From Deltaproteobacteria bacterium (lineage in GTDB: Bacteria > Desulfobacterota > Desulfobulbia > Desulfobulbales > VMSU01): 64,000 bases of DNA. This document shows positions 18,424 through 28,257 of the stretch, piece by piece (position 1 is the first letter of the stretch; every line of letters starts with the position of its first letter). The notes under the pieces are model-generated. The model searched no databases. It was not told where the DNA came from and worked only from the letters and a program-made list of their open reading frames with translations. Position numbers and translations under genes: made by a program. The stretch lies in contig JAJXUT010000001.1 of assembly GCA_021782655.1 (NCBI GenBank), forward strand, positions 5,704 through 69,703. The letters are read 5' to 3'.

Positions 18424-19025
18424 TGACGTCGCCCACCTACCCCCATAAAAGAGCCAGGCTTTTAACCATATTTTTATCGGTGATCATGCTGGTTTGCGGC
18501 TTGGGCTGCGTCCAGGAACAGGCCCCGCCGCCCTCGACGCTCGCCCCCGATTTCTTCGCCCTAGGCGAGGAACTGGCCCGCCAGTTGGTCGCCAACCGCC
18601 GGGGGGTGGAGCCGGGCGAGCGACTCATCTTCACCACCCTGGTCAACCTGGACCACCTGCGCCAGACCTCCAAATTTGGCCGGGCGATGAGCGAATCCCT
18701 GGCCACCCAGCTCTTCCAGCACGGCTACGGGGTGGTGGAACTGCGCAAGATGGCCCGAATCGTGGTCCGGGACGACAAGGGCGAGATGGTGCTGAGCCGC
18801 GACGCCCTTAACCTCGCCCGCCAGTACTCAGCCAACGCCATCGTGGCCGGCACCTACGCCCTGACCCCGCAGACGGTGATCATCAACGTCAAGCTGCTCG
18901 ACGTCCGCTCCCACGAGGTGCTGTCGGTGGCGGGCCTGGAGCTCTCCCGCAATTCGGCGATCAGCACAATGTTGAACGAACAGGTGGGACTGGCCGACGC
19001 CCCCCTGTCCGGCTTTGAACGATAG
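18420..19025 (+). CDS. FlgO-like domain lipoprotein (paralogue of 17421-18140)
   Basis: Lipobox VCGLGC. FTTLVNLDHLRQTSKFGRAMSESLATQLFQHGYGVVELR..IVAGTYALTPQTVIINVKLLD is colinear with the upstream paralogue. Confidence 0.65.
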   Translation: MMTSPTYPHKRARLLTIFLSVIMLVCGLGCVQEQAPPPSTLAPDFFALGEELARQLVANRRGVEPGERLIFTTLVNLDHLRQTSKFGRAMSESLATQLFQHGYGVVELRKMARIVVRDDKGEMVLSRDALNLARQYSANAIVAGTYALTPQTVIINVKLLDVRSHEVLSVAGLELSRNSAISTMLNEQVGLADAPLSGFER

Positions 19026-19038
19026 CCTACACAACGCC

Positions 19039-19674
19039 ATGCGCAAAACCATCCTCGCCGCCCTGCTGGCCCTTTCCCTGACCGGCTGCGCCACGGCAAC
19101 CGAAAGACAGGCCTCCACCGGCACCCCGGTCCGAAAAAACGCCCCGGTGGTGGCCATCCACCCCCTGGAGGCGGACACCTATGCCCACGCCTCGGTGGCC
19201 ATCCTGCCCTTCCTGGTGCCGGAGGGCGTTGACCCCCGGCTGGGCCGGCGGGTGGCCCTGCTGTATCAGGACATCCTGCTCGGCAAGGCGGTCTTTCCCA
19301 CCGTCCGGGTGCTCGATTCTTCTTACGGGGATTTCCGGGAGGCCCTGGCCGCCGGGAGGCTGGCGGACACCGACCTGGTGCTGGCCGGCAAGATCAACTA
19401 TGCCGTGGAGGGGACGGAGCTGGGAGGGGCGCGCCTCGACGTGACGGTGCGCCTGTTGAACGTCCGCACCCAGGCCACGGTGTGGAGTATCAGCCAGGCC
19501 ATGGATCAGCCTTACTCCTACCCCAACGGCGACCTGATGCAGGTCTTGCGGGACGCCGCCTTGATGCCGGAGACCCGCCGCTCGGTGGGCGCCCCGGCCC
19601 TGCCCAACATGCTGATGCAGTCCGCCGAGGATATGGCGGATGTCATGGCCGGATCGCGCTATGTGCGGAGATAA
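19039..19674 (+). CDS. Lipoprotein with CsgG/LpoB-like N-terminal pattern
   Basis: MRKTILAALLALSLTGC lipobox. VAILPFLVPEG..RRVALLYQDILLGKAVFPTVRVLD. Last gene of the operon. Confidence 0.6.
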   Translation: MRKTILAALLALSLTGCATATERQASTGTPVRKNAPVVAIHPLEADTYAHASVAILPFLVPEGVDPRLGRRVALLYQDILLGKAVFPTVRVLDSSYGDFREALAAGRLADTDLVLAGKINYAVEGTELGGARLDVTVRLLNVRTQATVWSISQAMDQPYSYPNGDLMQVLRDAALMPETRRSVGAPALPNMLMQSAEDMADVMAGSRYVRR

Positions 19675-19701
19675 TCGGGGCCGCCAGGCACCGCCTGGCA
19701 A

Positions 19702-21069
<1,368 letters not shown>

Positions 21070-21126
21070 TCATAGCCAACGCCAGACCAAATGTCAATCA
21101 CGGCCCCGCCGGCAACAAATTCCCGC

Positions 21127-21155
21127 TTGCCTTGCGCCAGGCTTTCCTCTAAGAT
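21127..21155 (+). promoter_or_regulatory. Sigma70-like promoter candidate for the transglycosylase gene
   Basis: TTGCCT (21127-21132), 17-nt spacer, TAAGAT (21150-21155). Confidence 0.3.
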
Positions 21156-21209
21156 GGGAGGCAAAATAGCCCGCGTGGCCCGCTAACCCTGGAGATCACC
21201 CTTCCGACC

Positions 21210-21830
21210 GTGAACGTCCCGCACGCCTTCCGACTCCTCGCCCTCGCCGTCCTTATTCTGACCCCCGCCCTCTGCCGCCCGGCGCGGGCCGAGATTTACT
21301 ACTTCACCGACGCCAGGGGGGTGGTGCACTACACCAACGTCCTGACCGATCCCCGCTACAAGCCACTGCCCGGCATCATCACCCTCCGTCGGCCCCTGCG
21401 CCGGAGCTGGCCCCGCCACTACCGCTCCGCCTCCCACTCGGAGCGCGACTTCGATTCCCACATTCAGGAGGCGGCCCAGCGCTACGATATCGATCCCCTG
21501 CTGCTCAAGGCAGTCATCAAGCAGGAGTCGAACTTCAACCCCTACGCCATCTCGAACAAGGGCGCCCAGGGTCTGATGCAGCTCATGCCCGGCACTGCCC
21601 GGGACCTGGCGGTGCGCGACGTCTTCGACCCCCGGGAAAATATTCTGGGCGGCGCCAAATACCTAAGACAGCTATACTCCCAGTTCAACGGCGACCTAGC
21701 TCTGACCCTGGCCTCGTACAACGCCGGCCCGGAGCGGGTGGGGATGGCCAACAACATCCCTAATATCCCCGAAACCAGGGACTACGTTCGCTCGGTCATC
21801 GCGCTCTACAACCGCTACCGGGGCTATTAG
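21210..21830 (+). CDS. Lytic transglycosylase (SLT domain) with DUF4124-like N-terminus
   Basis: Signal peptide, then EIYYFTDARGVVHYTN, then the SLT catalytic region LLLKAVIKQESNFNPYAISNKGAQGLMQLMPGTA..YNAGP. GTG start. Confidence 0.85.
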   Translation: MNVPHAFRLLALAVLILTPALCRPARAEIYYFTDARGVVHYTNVLTDPRYKPLPGIITLRRPLRRSWPRHYRSASHSERDFDSHIQEAAQRYDIDPLLLKAVIKQESNFNPYAISNKGAQGLMQLMPGTARDLAVRDVFDPRENILGGAKYLRQLYSQFNGDLALTLASYNAGPERVGMANNIPNIPETRDYVRSVIALYNRYRGY

Positions 21831-22653
21831 GCGTCCAGCCGCCGCCTGTCAGCTCCCGAATCCTTGCCAATGGAGGGCGGAGCCGCTCCCAAAGGCTCGC
21901 CGTCCCTCTCCTCCTTCAACCCGGCGGCCAGTCGCTGGCGTCCGAACAGCCAGACCGCGACGATGCTGACCTCGTAGAGAACGATCAGGGGAATGGCCAT
22001 CAGCACCTGGTTGACCACGTCGGGGGTGGGGGTGAGGATGGCGGCGACGATGAAGGAGGCCAGGAAGGCGTACTTGCGGTTCTTGATCAAAAAGGCGGGA
22101 GAGACCAGCCCCAGCTTGGCGAGCAGCACCATAAACACCGGCAGCTCGAAGACCACCCCGAAGGCGAGCAGCATCCGCACCACGAGCGAGAAGTACTCGC
22201 CCACCGTCGGCATGACCGTCAGGTGGCCGTGGGAGTAGCTGGTCAGAAACTTGAAGGCCGGGGGCAAGACCACCAGATAACCAAAGGCGGCCCCGGCCAG
22301 AAAACACAGGCCGGAGAGCAAGGCGAAGGGGATGAGCACCCGCTTCTCATGCCGGTACAGGCCCGGGGCCACGAACCGCCAGATCTGGTAGAAGATGGCC
22401 GGCGAGGCCAGGAATACCCCGCCGGCCACCGCCAGCTTCAGATAAAAAAAAAGCCGCCGGTGTAGGAGGTAAAGATCAGCGAGGAGCCAGCGGGCAGCAC
22501 CTTAAGCAGGGGCCTAAGGAACCAGGCTCCGATCTCCTTGCCATAGACGTAACTCAAGCTCGAGGTGGCAAGCACCGCCAGCAGCGAGGCCACCAGGCAG
22601 TCGCGCAAATCCCGCAGATGCTCGGTCAAGACCTGCTGTTTGAGATCCTCCAT
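21827..22653 (-). pseudogene. tatC: Sec-independent translocase TatC, interrupted by a 1-nt frameshift in a T9 run (A9 on + strand, 22444-22452)
   Basis: The 5' part (22653->22438) reads MEDLKQQVLTEHLRDLR...LIFTSYTGGFFFI*. The 3' part (22429->21827) reads (V)[29 protein letters not shown]... Adding one T restores ..[27 protein letters not shown].., colinear with the TatC consensus. Confidence 0.85.
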
Positions 22654-22668
22654 CGTCACCCCACCCCT

Positions 22669-22780
22669 TAAGCCGTCGAGTGGCAATAACCTGGACAATA
22701 AACCTCACGGCGACGGCACAAGTATCCGTAAGGGTCGGGGAAAAACTGTCCAGGTTATCTTTAATGTACGGCTCCTTAAG
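22669..22780. repeat. Intergenic repeat family A, copy A2, immediately upstream of the tatC start
   Basis: TAAGCCGTCGAGTGG..AATAACCTGGACAATAAACCTCACGGCGACGGCACAAGTATCCGTAAGGGTCGGGGAAAAACTGTCCAGGTTAT..ACGGCTCCTTAAG. Outer perfect inverted repeat AACCTGGACA/TGTCCAGGTT. Confidence 0.6.
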
Positions 22781-22803
22781 TTCCACATCCTCAATAAACT
22801 GCC

Positions 22804-23684
22804 GTGTCCAACCTCGACGTTCCTACCATGTCCGCCGACCAATTGCAAGCCGGCCGCACGCGCCTGGCCCGACCGGTACTGCCCCTGGCCAGGCTGGTGG
22901 AACTCCTCTTCCTGAGCAGCCCCTTTGCCACCGCCGCCGAGGTGCTAGCCGAACTTAACGAGCCCATCGAGACCGCCGCCATCCGCTACCCAGACCCCGC
23001 CGCTACCCTTACCCCCCACCTCGACCTGCTCGGCGAATTCGAGCGGCTGAAAGATCCGCGCCCAGAAAGCTACACGGTGCTCGCCCCGGCTGGTGAGGCC
23101 CTCCCGCTCCTGGAGGCGGTGGAGGCCTGGGTGGCCCAGAAGATCTTGACCAGGGAACTAGAGACCATCAACAGCCTTCTGTGCGGGCCGGGCGGCTGCG
23201 CCCTGTGCTGCCAACCGCCGGCATGCGCCATGATTTCTTCGCGATCCCGCTGAGCGAGACGGAAGTGGGCCTCTTTTCCCTCCCCTGCCACGACAGCCCG
23301 GCATCCCGCCGTCTGACCGCCGACAGCGAGCCGCCCCTGACCGTGGCGGGCCGCCCCTTCTTCGCGGCCCAGGCAGGGCTCTACCACTGGCGTGAAGGCT
23401 GGGGCATGATCCTGCCCCGGCGGACATCCTGCCCGCAACTGGGCGCCGACGGGGCCTGCGCCATCTATCCCCAGCGGCCCCAGGTCTGCCGCCGGCCCCA
23501 AATCTTCGCCTATCGCCTGGAGCAGGCGGCCCGAGACGTGGTCGAGACAGGGACGGTCTGGATTGAGCGAGGCAAGCTGCTGGCCGTCTGGGACTGCCCC
23601 TACGTGCGGGCCCTGCGCCCGGAGATCGCGGCCTACGCCGAGGCCTGCGAGCTTGAACCGATCTTCAAGGAAAACAAGGCCTAA
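22804..23684 (+). pseudogene. YkgJ/UPF0153-like (CxxCxxCC) Fe-S/Zn cluster protein with an N-terminal extension, apparently split by a frameshift near 23212-23232
   Basis: Frame 1 ends ..LLCGPGGCALCCQPPACAMISSRSR* and carries the N-terminal Cys motif. The frame one nucleotide back continues ..MRHDFFAIPLSETEVGLF...CPQLGADGACAIYPQRPQVCRRPQIF, which is the rest of the YkgJ-type domain. The two ORFs overlap by 73 nt. Confidence 0.5.
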
Positions 23685-23691
23685 GGCGGAA

Positions 23692-24921
23692 TTACTCCAC
23701 CCGGCTGGCCAGCCAGCGGTAGAGCTTGACCGAATCCTGGTGGTTCAGATCGCAGTCCATGCCCTTGCCGACCAGCTTGTAGGCGGTCTGGTAGCCGGCC
23801 TGCTTGACGGCGGGATCAACGGCGGCATTGGCCTGTTCGAGGTGGATCGCCGCCAGGTTGAAGTAGTACACCGCCATGTCCGGAGGCGGGATGTCGTGGT
23901 TTTTGACCGTGCGCCAGATGCGGACGATGCGCTCCAGCATGAAGATGGCCGGCTCATAGGACTTCGCCGCCTTGAAGAGCAGGGCGAATTTGTTGAGCAG
24001 CCTGGGGTTGCTTAAGGTTGGGTCGATGTATTTCCGGTAGGCCACCTCGGCCTCGGCGGTCATCCCGGACTGGAGATAGATGCGGAAGATCTTGTCGAAG
24101 GTGCCCAGGTCCTCGGGATCGGTGTGACGACCCGCCACCTTCAAGGCCTCCCGCACCCCCTGGTGGTCGCCCAGCCGGGCGCAGACCAAGGCCAGGGCCA
24201 GGTTGCGCTCGACGTTGTAGGGCGACAGCTTGTCCACCCGGCGCAGCACCTGCCGCTCTTGCTGGTAATTTTTCTCCCGGCGGTGGATCAAGCCCAGCAG
24301 GTCGTAGGCCTTGGGGTAGGCCTCCTTGATCTCGAGACAGCGGTTAAGGCAGCGCTTGGCCTCCTCCAGGCGTCCCTGGCGCTGATGAGCGATGGCGCTG
24401 AAGTAGTAGGGGTCGGCTTCTAGGGGTTGCAGGCCGCTGGCCCACTCAAAGGCGGCCAGGGCCGGCTCCGTCTGCTCTTCCTGGACCAGCAGCTGGCGGC
24501 CCTCTTGCAGGGCGCCCTGATAGGGCGTGGGGTTGAATTTCCGCTCCAGCACCCGGTCGATCTCGGCCTCCAGCTTGATGGGAGTGAAGGGCTTGATGAT
24601 GTAGGAGTCAACCTCGACCTCGATGCTCGACATCAGCCGGTTGGTGTTCTCCTCGCCGGTGACCATGATGAAGGGCGTCTCCCACAGCCGCTCCGAGGCC
24701 CGGAGTTTGGCAAGCAGCTCAATGCCGTTCATCCTGGGCATGACCAGGTCGGAGATGACGAGGTGAATCGTCTCCTCCCGATTCAGTCGCTCCCAGGCCT
24801 CCTTGCCATTGCCGGCAGTCAAGACCTCCTTGAAGCCCAGCCGCTCCAGCATGGGCAGAAACATCTTCAGCATCACCGGGTTGTCTTCGACCACCAGCAC
24901 GGTCAACCCTGCACGCTCCAT
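23692..24921 (-). CDS. Response regulator receiver domain fused to TPR repeats
   Basis: LTVLVVEDNPVMLKMF...VISDLVMPRMNGIELL...IMVTGE (REC), followed by about 280 aa of TPR-like repeats. Confidence 0.85.
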   Translation of the reverse strand: MERAGLTVLVVEDNPVMLKMFLPMLERLGFKEVLTAGNGKEAWERLNREETIHLVISDLVMPRMNGIELLAKLRASERLWETPFIMVTGEENTNRLMSSIEVEVDSYIIKPFTPIKLEAEIDRVLERKFNPTPYQGALQEGRQLLVQEEQTEPALAAFEWASGLQPLEADPYYFSAIAHQRQGRLEEAKRCLNRCLEIKEAYPKAYDLLGLIHRREKNYQQERQVLRRVDKLSPYNVERNLALALVCARLGDHQGVREALKVAGRHTDPEDLGTFDKIFRIYLQSGMTAEAEVAYRKYIDPTLSNPRLLNKFALLFKAAKSYEPAIFMLERIVRIWRTVKNHDIPPPDMAVYYFNLAAIHLEQANAAVDPAVKQAGYQTAYKLVGKGMDCDLNHQDSVKLYRWLASRVE

Positions 24922-25165
24922 GACGAGCTCCTGGCAAAATTAAATTATCCCTTTAACTACCATAGCTTGCCATGTAATCTTCGGGATGCAAAGAAAAATT
25001 TTGCCACCCACCGATCAAAATTGACACCTGCGGCTTTTCGGGCTAACCTGCTCTGACGTATCCGTCGCGCTTTTTGTGGTAGCTGTGGGCATGCCAGCCG
25101 GGCCTAACGGGCATGTCGTGGCGACCCAATATTGATGATCTCGCACAAAGGCAAGAGGAGTTATC

Positions 25166-26884
25166 ATGGCTGAAAACATTCTCATCATCGGCGGGGTGGC
25201 GGCCGGGCCCAAGACCGCCTGCCGCTTGCAGCGCCTGCGGTCCGAGGCCCGGATAACCATCGTCGATCAGGACAATCTGATCTCCTACGGCGGCTGCGGC
25301 ATCCCCTACTATGTCTCCGGCGACGTCTCGGACGAAAAGGAGCTGCGCTCCACCAGCTTCCACGCGGTGCGCGACCCCCTGTTCTTCGAGAACGCCAAGG
25401 GGGTGAAGGTGCTGACCCGCACCCGGGCCCAGGCCATCGACCGCAAGGGCAAGCGGGTGTCGGTGACCAACCTCGACACCGGACAAAACGAGGAGTTGGC
25501 CTACGACAAGCTGGTCTTGTGCACCGGCTCCTCGCCCAACCGGGTGCCGATTCCTGGCTCCGACCTGCCCGGCGTCTTCGTGATCGGCGACATGCACCAG
25601 GCCATCGCTATCAAGGAGCTGATCGCCAAGGGCAAGGTCAGCCGGACGGCGGTGATCGGCGGCGGGCCGATCGGCATCGAGATGGCCGAGTCCTTTGGCG
25701 ACCTCTGGGGGCTCGAGACCACCATCATCGAGCTGATGCCCCAAGTCCTGCCCCGGATCGTTGACCCGATCTTCGCCGGCATGCTGGCCCACCACCTGGC
25801 CGGGCACGGCATCCGCATCTTTACCGACGAGAAGGTGCAGGCCATCCGCCAGGACGGCGAGTCATACCTGGTGGTCACCGATCGGCGCGAGGTGCCCGCC
25901 GACCTGGTGGTCATGGCGGTGGGGGTGCGGCCCAGGAGCGAACTGGCCCGGGAGGCGGGGCTCCTGGTCGGCCCCCTGGGCGGCATCGTGGTCAACAACC
26001 GGATGCAGACCTCCGATCCCCACATCTACGCCGCCGGCGACTGCGTCGAAACCAACCATCTCGTCTCCGGCAAGCGGGCCCAGGCCCCCTTCGGTTCCCT
26101 GGCCAACCGCCAGGGCCGGGTGGTGGCCGACAACCTGGCCGGCATCCCCAGTATCTTCCCGGGGGTGGTCAACTCCTTCATCATGAAGGCCTTCGAGGTG
26201 TCGATCGGCGCCACCGGCCTGAGCCTGGAGGTGGCCAGAGCCGAGGGCTTCGACGCCGACCGGGTGATCACCGCCCAGTCCGACCGGGCCCACTTCTTCC
26301 CCACCCAGGCCATCATCCCCCTGGAAATGGTCTTTGACCGCCGCACCCGCCGGGTGCTGGGGGTGCAGGGCTTCGGCCCGATGGGCGACGCGGTGCTGGC
26401 CCGGCTGGACGCCGCCGCCGCCCTGATCGCCAAGGCGGCGACGGTGGAGGACTTCATCAACCTGGAGATGGCCTACGCCCCACCCTTCGCCACCGCCCTG
26501 GACGCCCTAAACGCCACCGCCAACGTGGCTGAAAACGCCCTGGCCGGACGCCTGCGCACCGTCTCGGTCGAGGAGTTCATGGCCTGGATGGACAAGCCCG
26601 GCGCCCATCCCGAATGGCTGGCCTTGGACATCCGCCACCCCAACGAGGCCAAGGCCTTCTGCCAGGCCTTCGGCGAACGTTGGCTGGCCATCCCCTATGT
26701 CGAGGTGCGGGCCCGACAGGCCGAGATCCCCACGGACCGCACCCTGATCATCATCTGCGACGCCGGCACCCGCTCCTACGAGATCCAGTGCCTCCTGGAC
26801 GGCCTGGGGCGACGCGACAGCCTAGTGCTGGCCGGCGGCTTCAACCTGGTGCGCCGCCTCCCGGCAAGCTGGTGGCCTAAATAG
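25166..26884 (+). CDS. CoA-disulfide reductase-family flavoprotein with C-terminal rhodanese domain (CoADR-RHD / persulfide-polysulfide reductase type)
   Basis: ILIIGGVAAGPK (FAD). ISYGGCGIPYY (redox Cys). Second dinucleotide fold AVIGGGPIGIEMAE. C-terminal rhodanese loop IIICDAGTRSYE. Confidence 0.85.
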   Translation: MAENILIIGGVAAGPKTACRLQRLRSEARITIVDQDNLISYGGCGIPYYVSGDVSDEKELRSTSFHAVRDPLFFENAKGVKVLTRTRAQAIDRKGKRVSVTNLDTGQNEELAYDKLVLCTGSSPNRVPIPGSDLPGVFVIGDMHQAIAIKELIAKGKVSRTAVIGGGPIGIEMAESFGDLWGLETTIIELMPQVLPRIVDPIFAGMLAHHLAGHGIRIFTDEKVQAIRQDGESYLVVTDRREVPADLVVMAVGVRPRSELAREAGLLVGPLGGIVVNNRMQTSDPHIYAAGDCVETNHLVSGKRAQAPFGSLANRQGRVVADNLAGIPSIFPGVVNSFIMKAFEVSIGATGLSLEVARAEGFDADRVITAQSDRAHFFPTQAIIPLEMVFDRRTRRVLGVQGFGPMGDAVLARLDAAAALIAKAATVEDFINLEMAYAPPFATALDALNATANVAENALAGRLRTVSVEEFMAWMDKPGAHPEWLALDIRHPNEAKAFCQAFGERWLAIPYVEVRARQAEIPTDRTLIIICDAGTRSYEIQCLLDGLGRRDSLVLAGGFNLVRRLPASWWPK

Positions 26885-26925
26885 CCCCTTGAATCTTTAA
26901 CCTTGCCCTAACCCTAGGAAACCCC

Positions 26926-28242
26926 ATGCAAAAATACTTCGTGCTCGACACCAACGTCCTGCTGCACAACTCCGAGGCGGTCACCTCCTTTGCCGATAAC
27001 TTCGTGGTCCTGCCAATGACGGTCATCGAGGAGCTGGACCGCTTCAAATCCCACAGCGACGAGCTGGGCCGCAACGCCCGGCGGGTGGTGCGGGAGCTGG
27101 ACGCGCTCAGGGCCAAGGGACAGCTCAGCAAGGGGGTCAGGATGGACAACGGCGGCACCCTGCTCATCGTGCTGGAGAGCGGCGACTCCAAGGTCGGCAA
27201 CATGGACATGTCAGTGCCCGACAACCGCATCCTCTCGGTGGCCTACGCCCTGCACCAGCAAGGCAAGTTGGTGATCTTCGTCTCCAAGGACATCAACGCC
27301 CGCTTAAAGGCCGACGCCCTGGGCCTGGAGGTGATGGACTTCGAGAAGCAGAAGGTCAACTTCGACGAACTGTATGCCGGTCACCGGCGGGTCTCGGTGC
27401 CAGGCGAGGTGGTGAACGAGGTCTATGCCCGCAAGGAGACGGACGCCGAGGGTCTGGAGCTCCTGACAAACGAGTTCGTCCTCCTGATCGACGAGAGGGA
27501 CGAAAAGCACTCGGTGCTCACCCGGGTCAACCAGCAGGGCAAGATGGCCCTACTCTCCCAGCCGGAATCGATCGGGCGCCTGCATGCCCGGAGCAAGGAG
27601 CAGCGTATGGCGCTTGAGCTTTTGCTAGACCCCGAGGTGGAGCTGGTGACCCTGGTCGGCCAGGCCGGCACCGGCAAGACGCTCTTGGCGGTGGCCGCCG
27701 GCCTGGAGTCGGTGCTCAACCTGGACCGCTACGACCGGCTCCTGGTCTCCCGGCCCATCATCCCCATGGGCAAGGACATCGGCTACCTGCCGGGCGGCAA
27801 GGACGAGAAGCTGGCAAGCTGGATGCAACCCATCTTCGACAACCTGACCTACCTCCTGAGCCTGGGACAGCAGAAGGGCCGGGAGGACGGCGGCGAGTCG
27901 ATCAAGAAGAAAATCGACAAGATGATCCAGGAGAACATCCTGGAACTGGAGGCCATCACCTACATCCGGGGCCGCTCCATCCCCCGCCAGTACGTGATCA
28001 TCGACGAGGCCCAGAACCTCACCCCCCACGAAGTCAAGACCATCATCAGCCGGGCCGGTGAGGGCACCAAGATGATTCTGACCGGCGATCCCGACCAGAT
28101 CGACAACCCCTACCTCGACTCCAGCAGCAACGGCCTGTCCTACACCGTGGAGCGGATGAAGGGCCGGGCCATGTTCGGGCACGTCACCCTGCGCAAGAGC
28201 GAACGTAGTGGGCTGGCAGCGGCGGCGGCGGAATATCTGTGA
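26926..28242 (+). CDS. PhoH2-type protein (N-terminal PIN domain + PhoH ATPase)
   Basis: YFVLDTNVLLHN..VIEELD (PIN). VGQAGTGKTLLAVAAG..IIDEAQNL..ILTGDPDQID (PhoH). Confidence 0.9.
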   Translation: MQKYFVLDTNVLLHNSEAVTSFADNFVVLPMTVIEELDRFKSHSDELGRNARRVVRELDALRAKGQLSKGVRMDNGGTLLIVLESGDSKVGNMDMSVPDNRILSVAYALHQQGKLVIFVSKDINARLKADALGLEVMDFEKQKVNFDELYAGHRRVSVPGEVVNEVYARKETDAEGLELLTNEFVLLIDERDEKHSVLTRVNQQGKMALLSQPESIGRLHARSKEQRMALELLLDPEVELVTLVGQAGTGKTLLAVAAGLESVLNLDRYDRLLVSRPIIPMGKDIGYLPGGKDEKLASWMQPIFDNLTYLLSLGQQKGREDGGESIKKKIDKMIQENILELEAITYIRGRSIPRQYVIIDEAQNLTPHEVKTIISRAGEGTKMILTGDPDQIDNPYLDSSSNGLSYTVERMKGRAMFGHVTLRKSERSGLAAAAAEYL

Positions 28243-28257
28243 AAAAGATGATGACCT

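Noticed and set aside
19683-19699. GCCAGGC-ACC-GCCTGGC hairpin between the convergent lipoprotein gene and purA, considered as a terminator.
   Set aside because: The stem is only 7 bp with a 3-nt loop, and there is no flanking T or A run. The evidence is insufficient.
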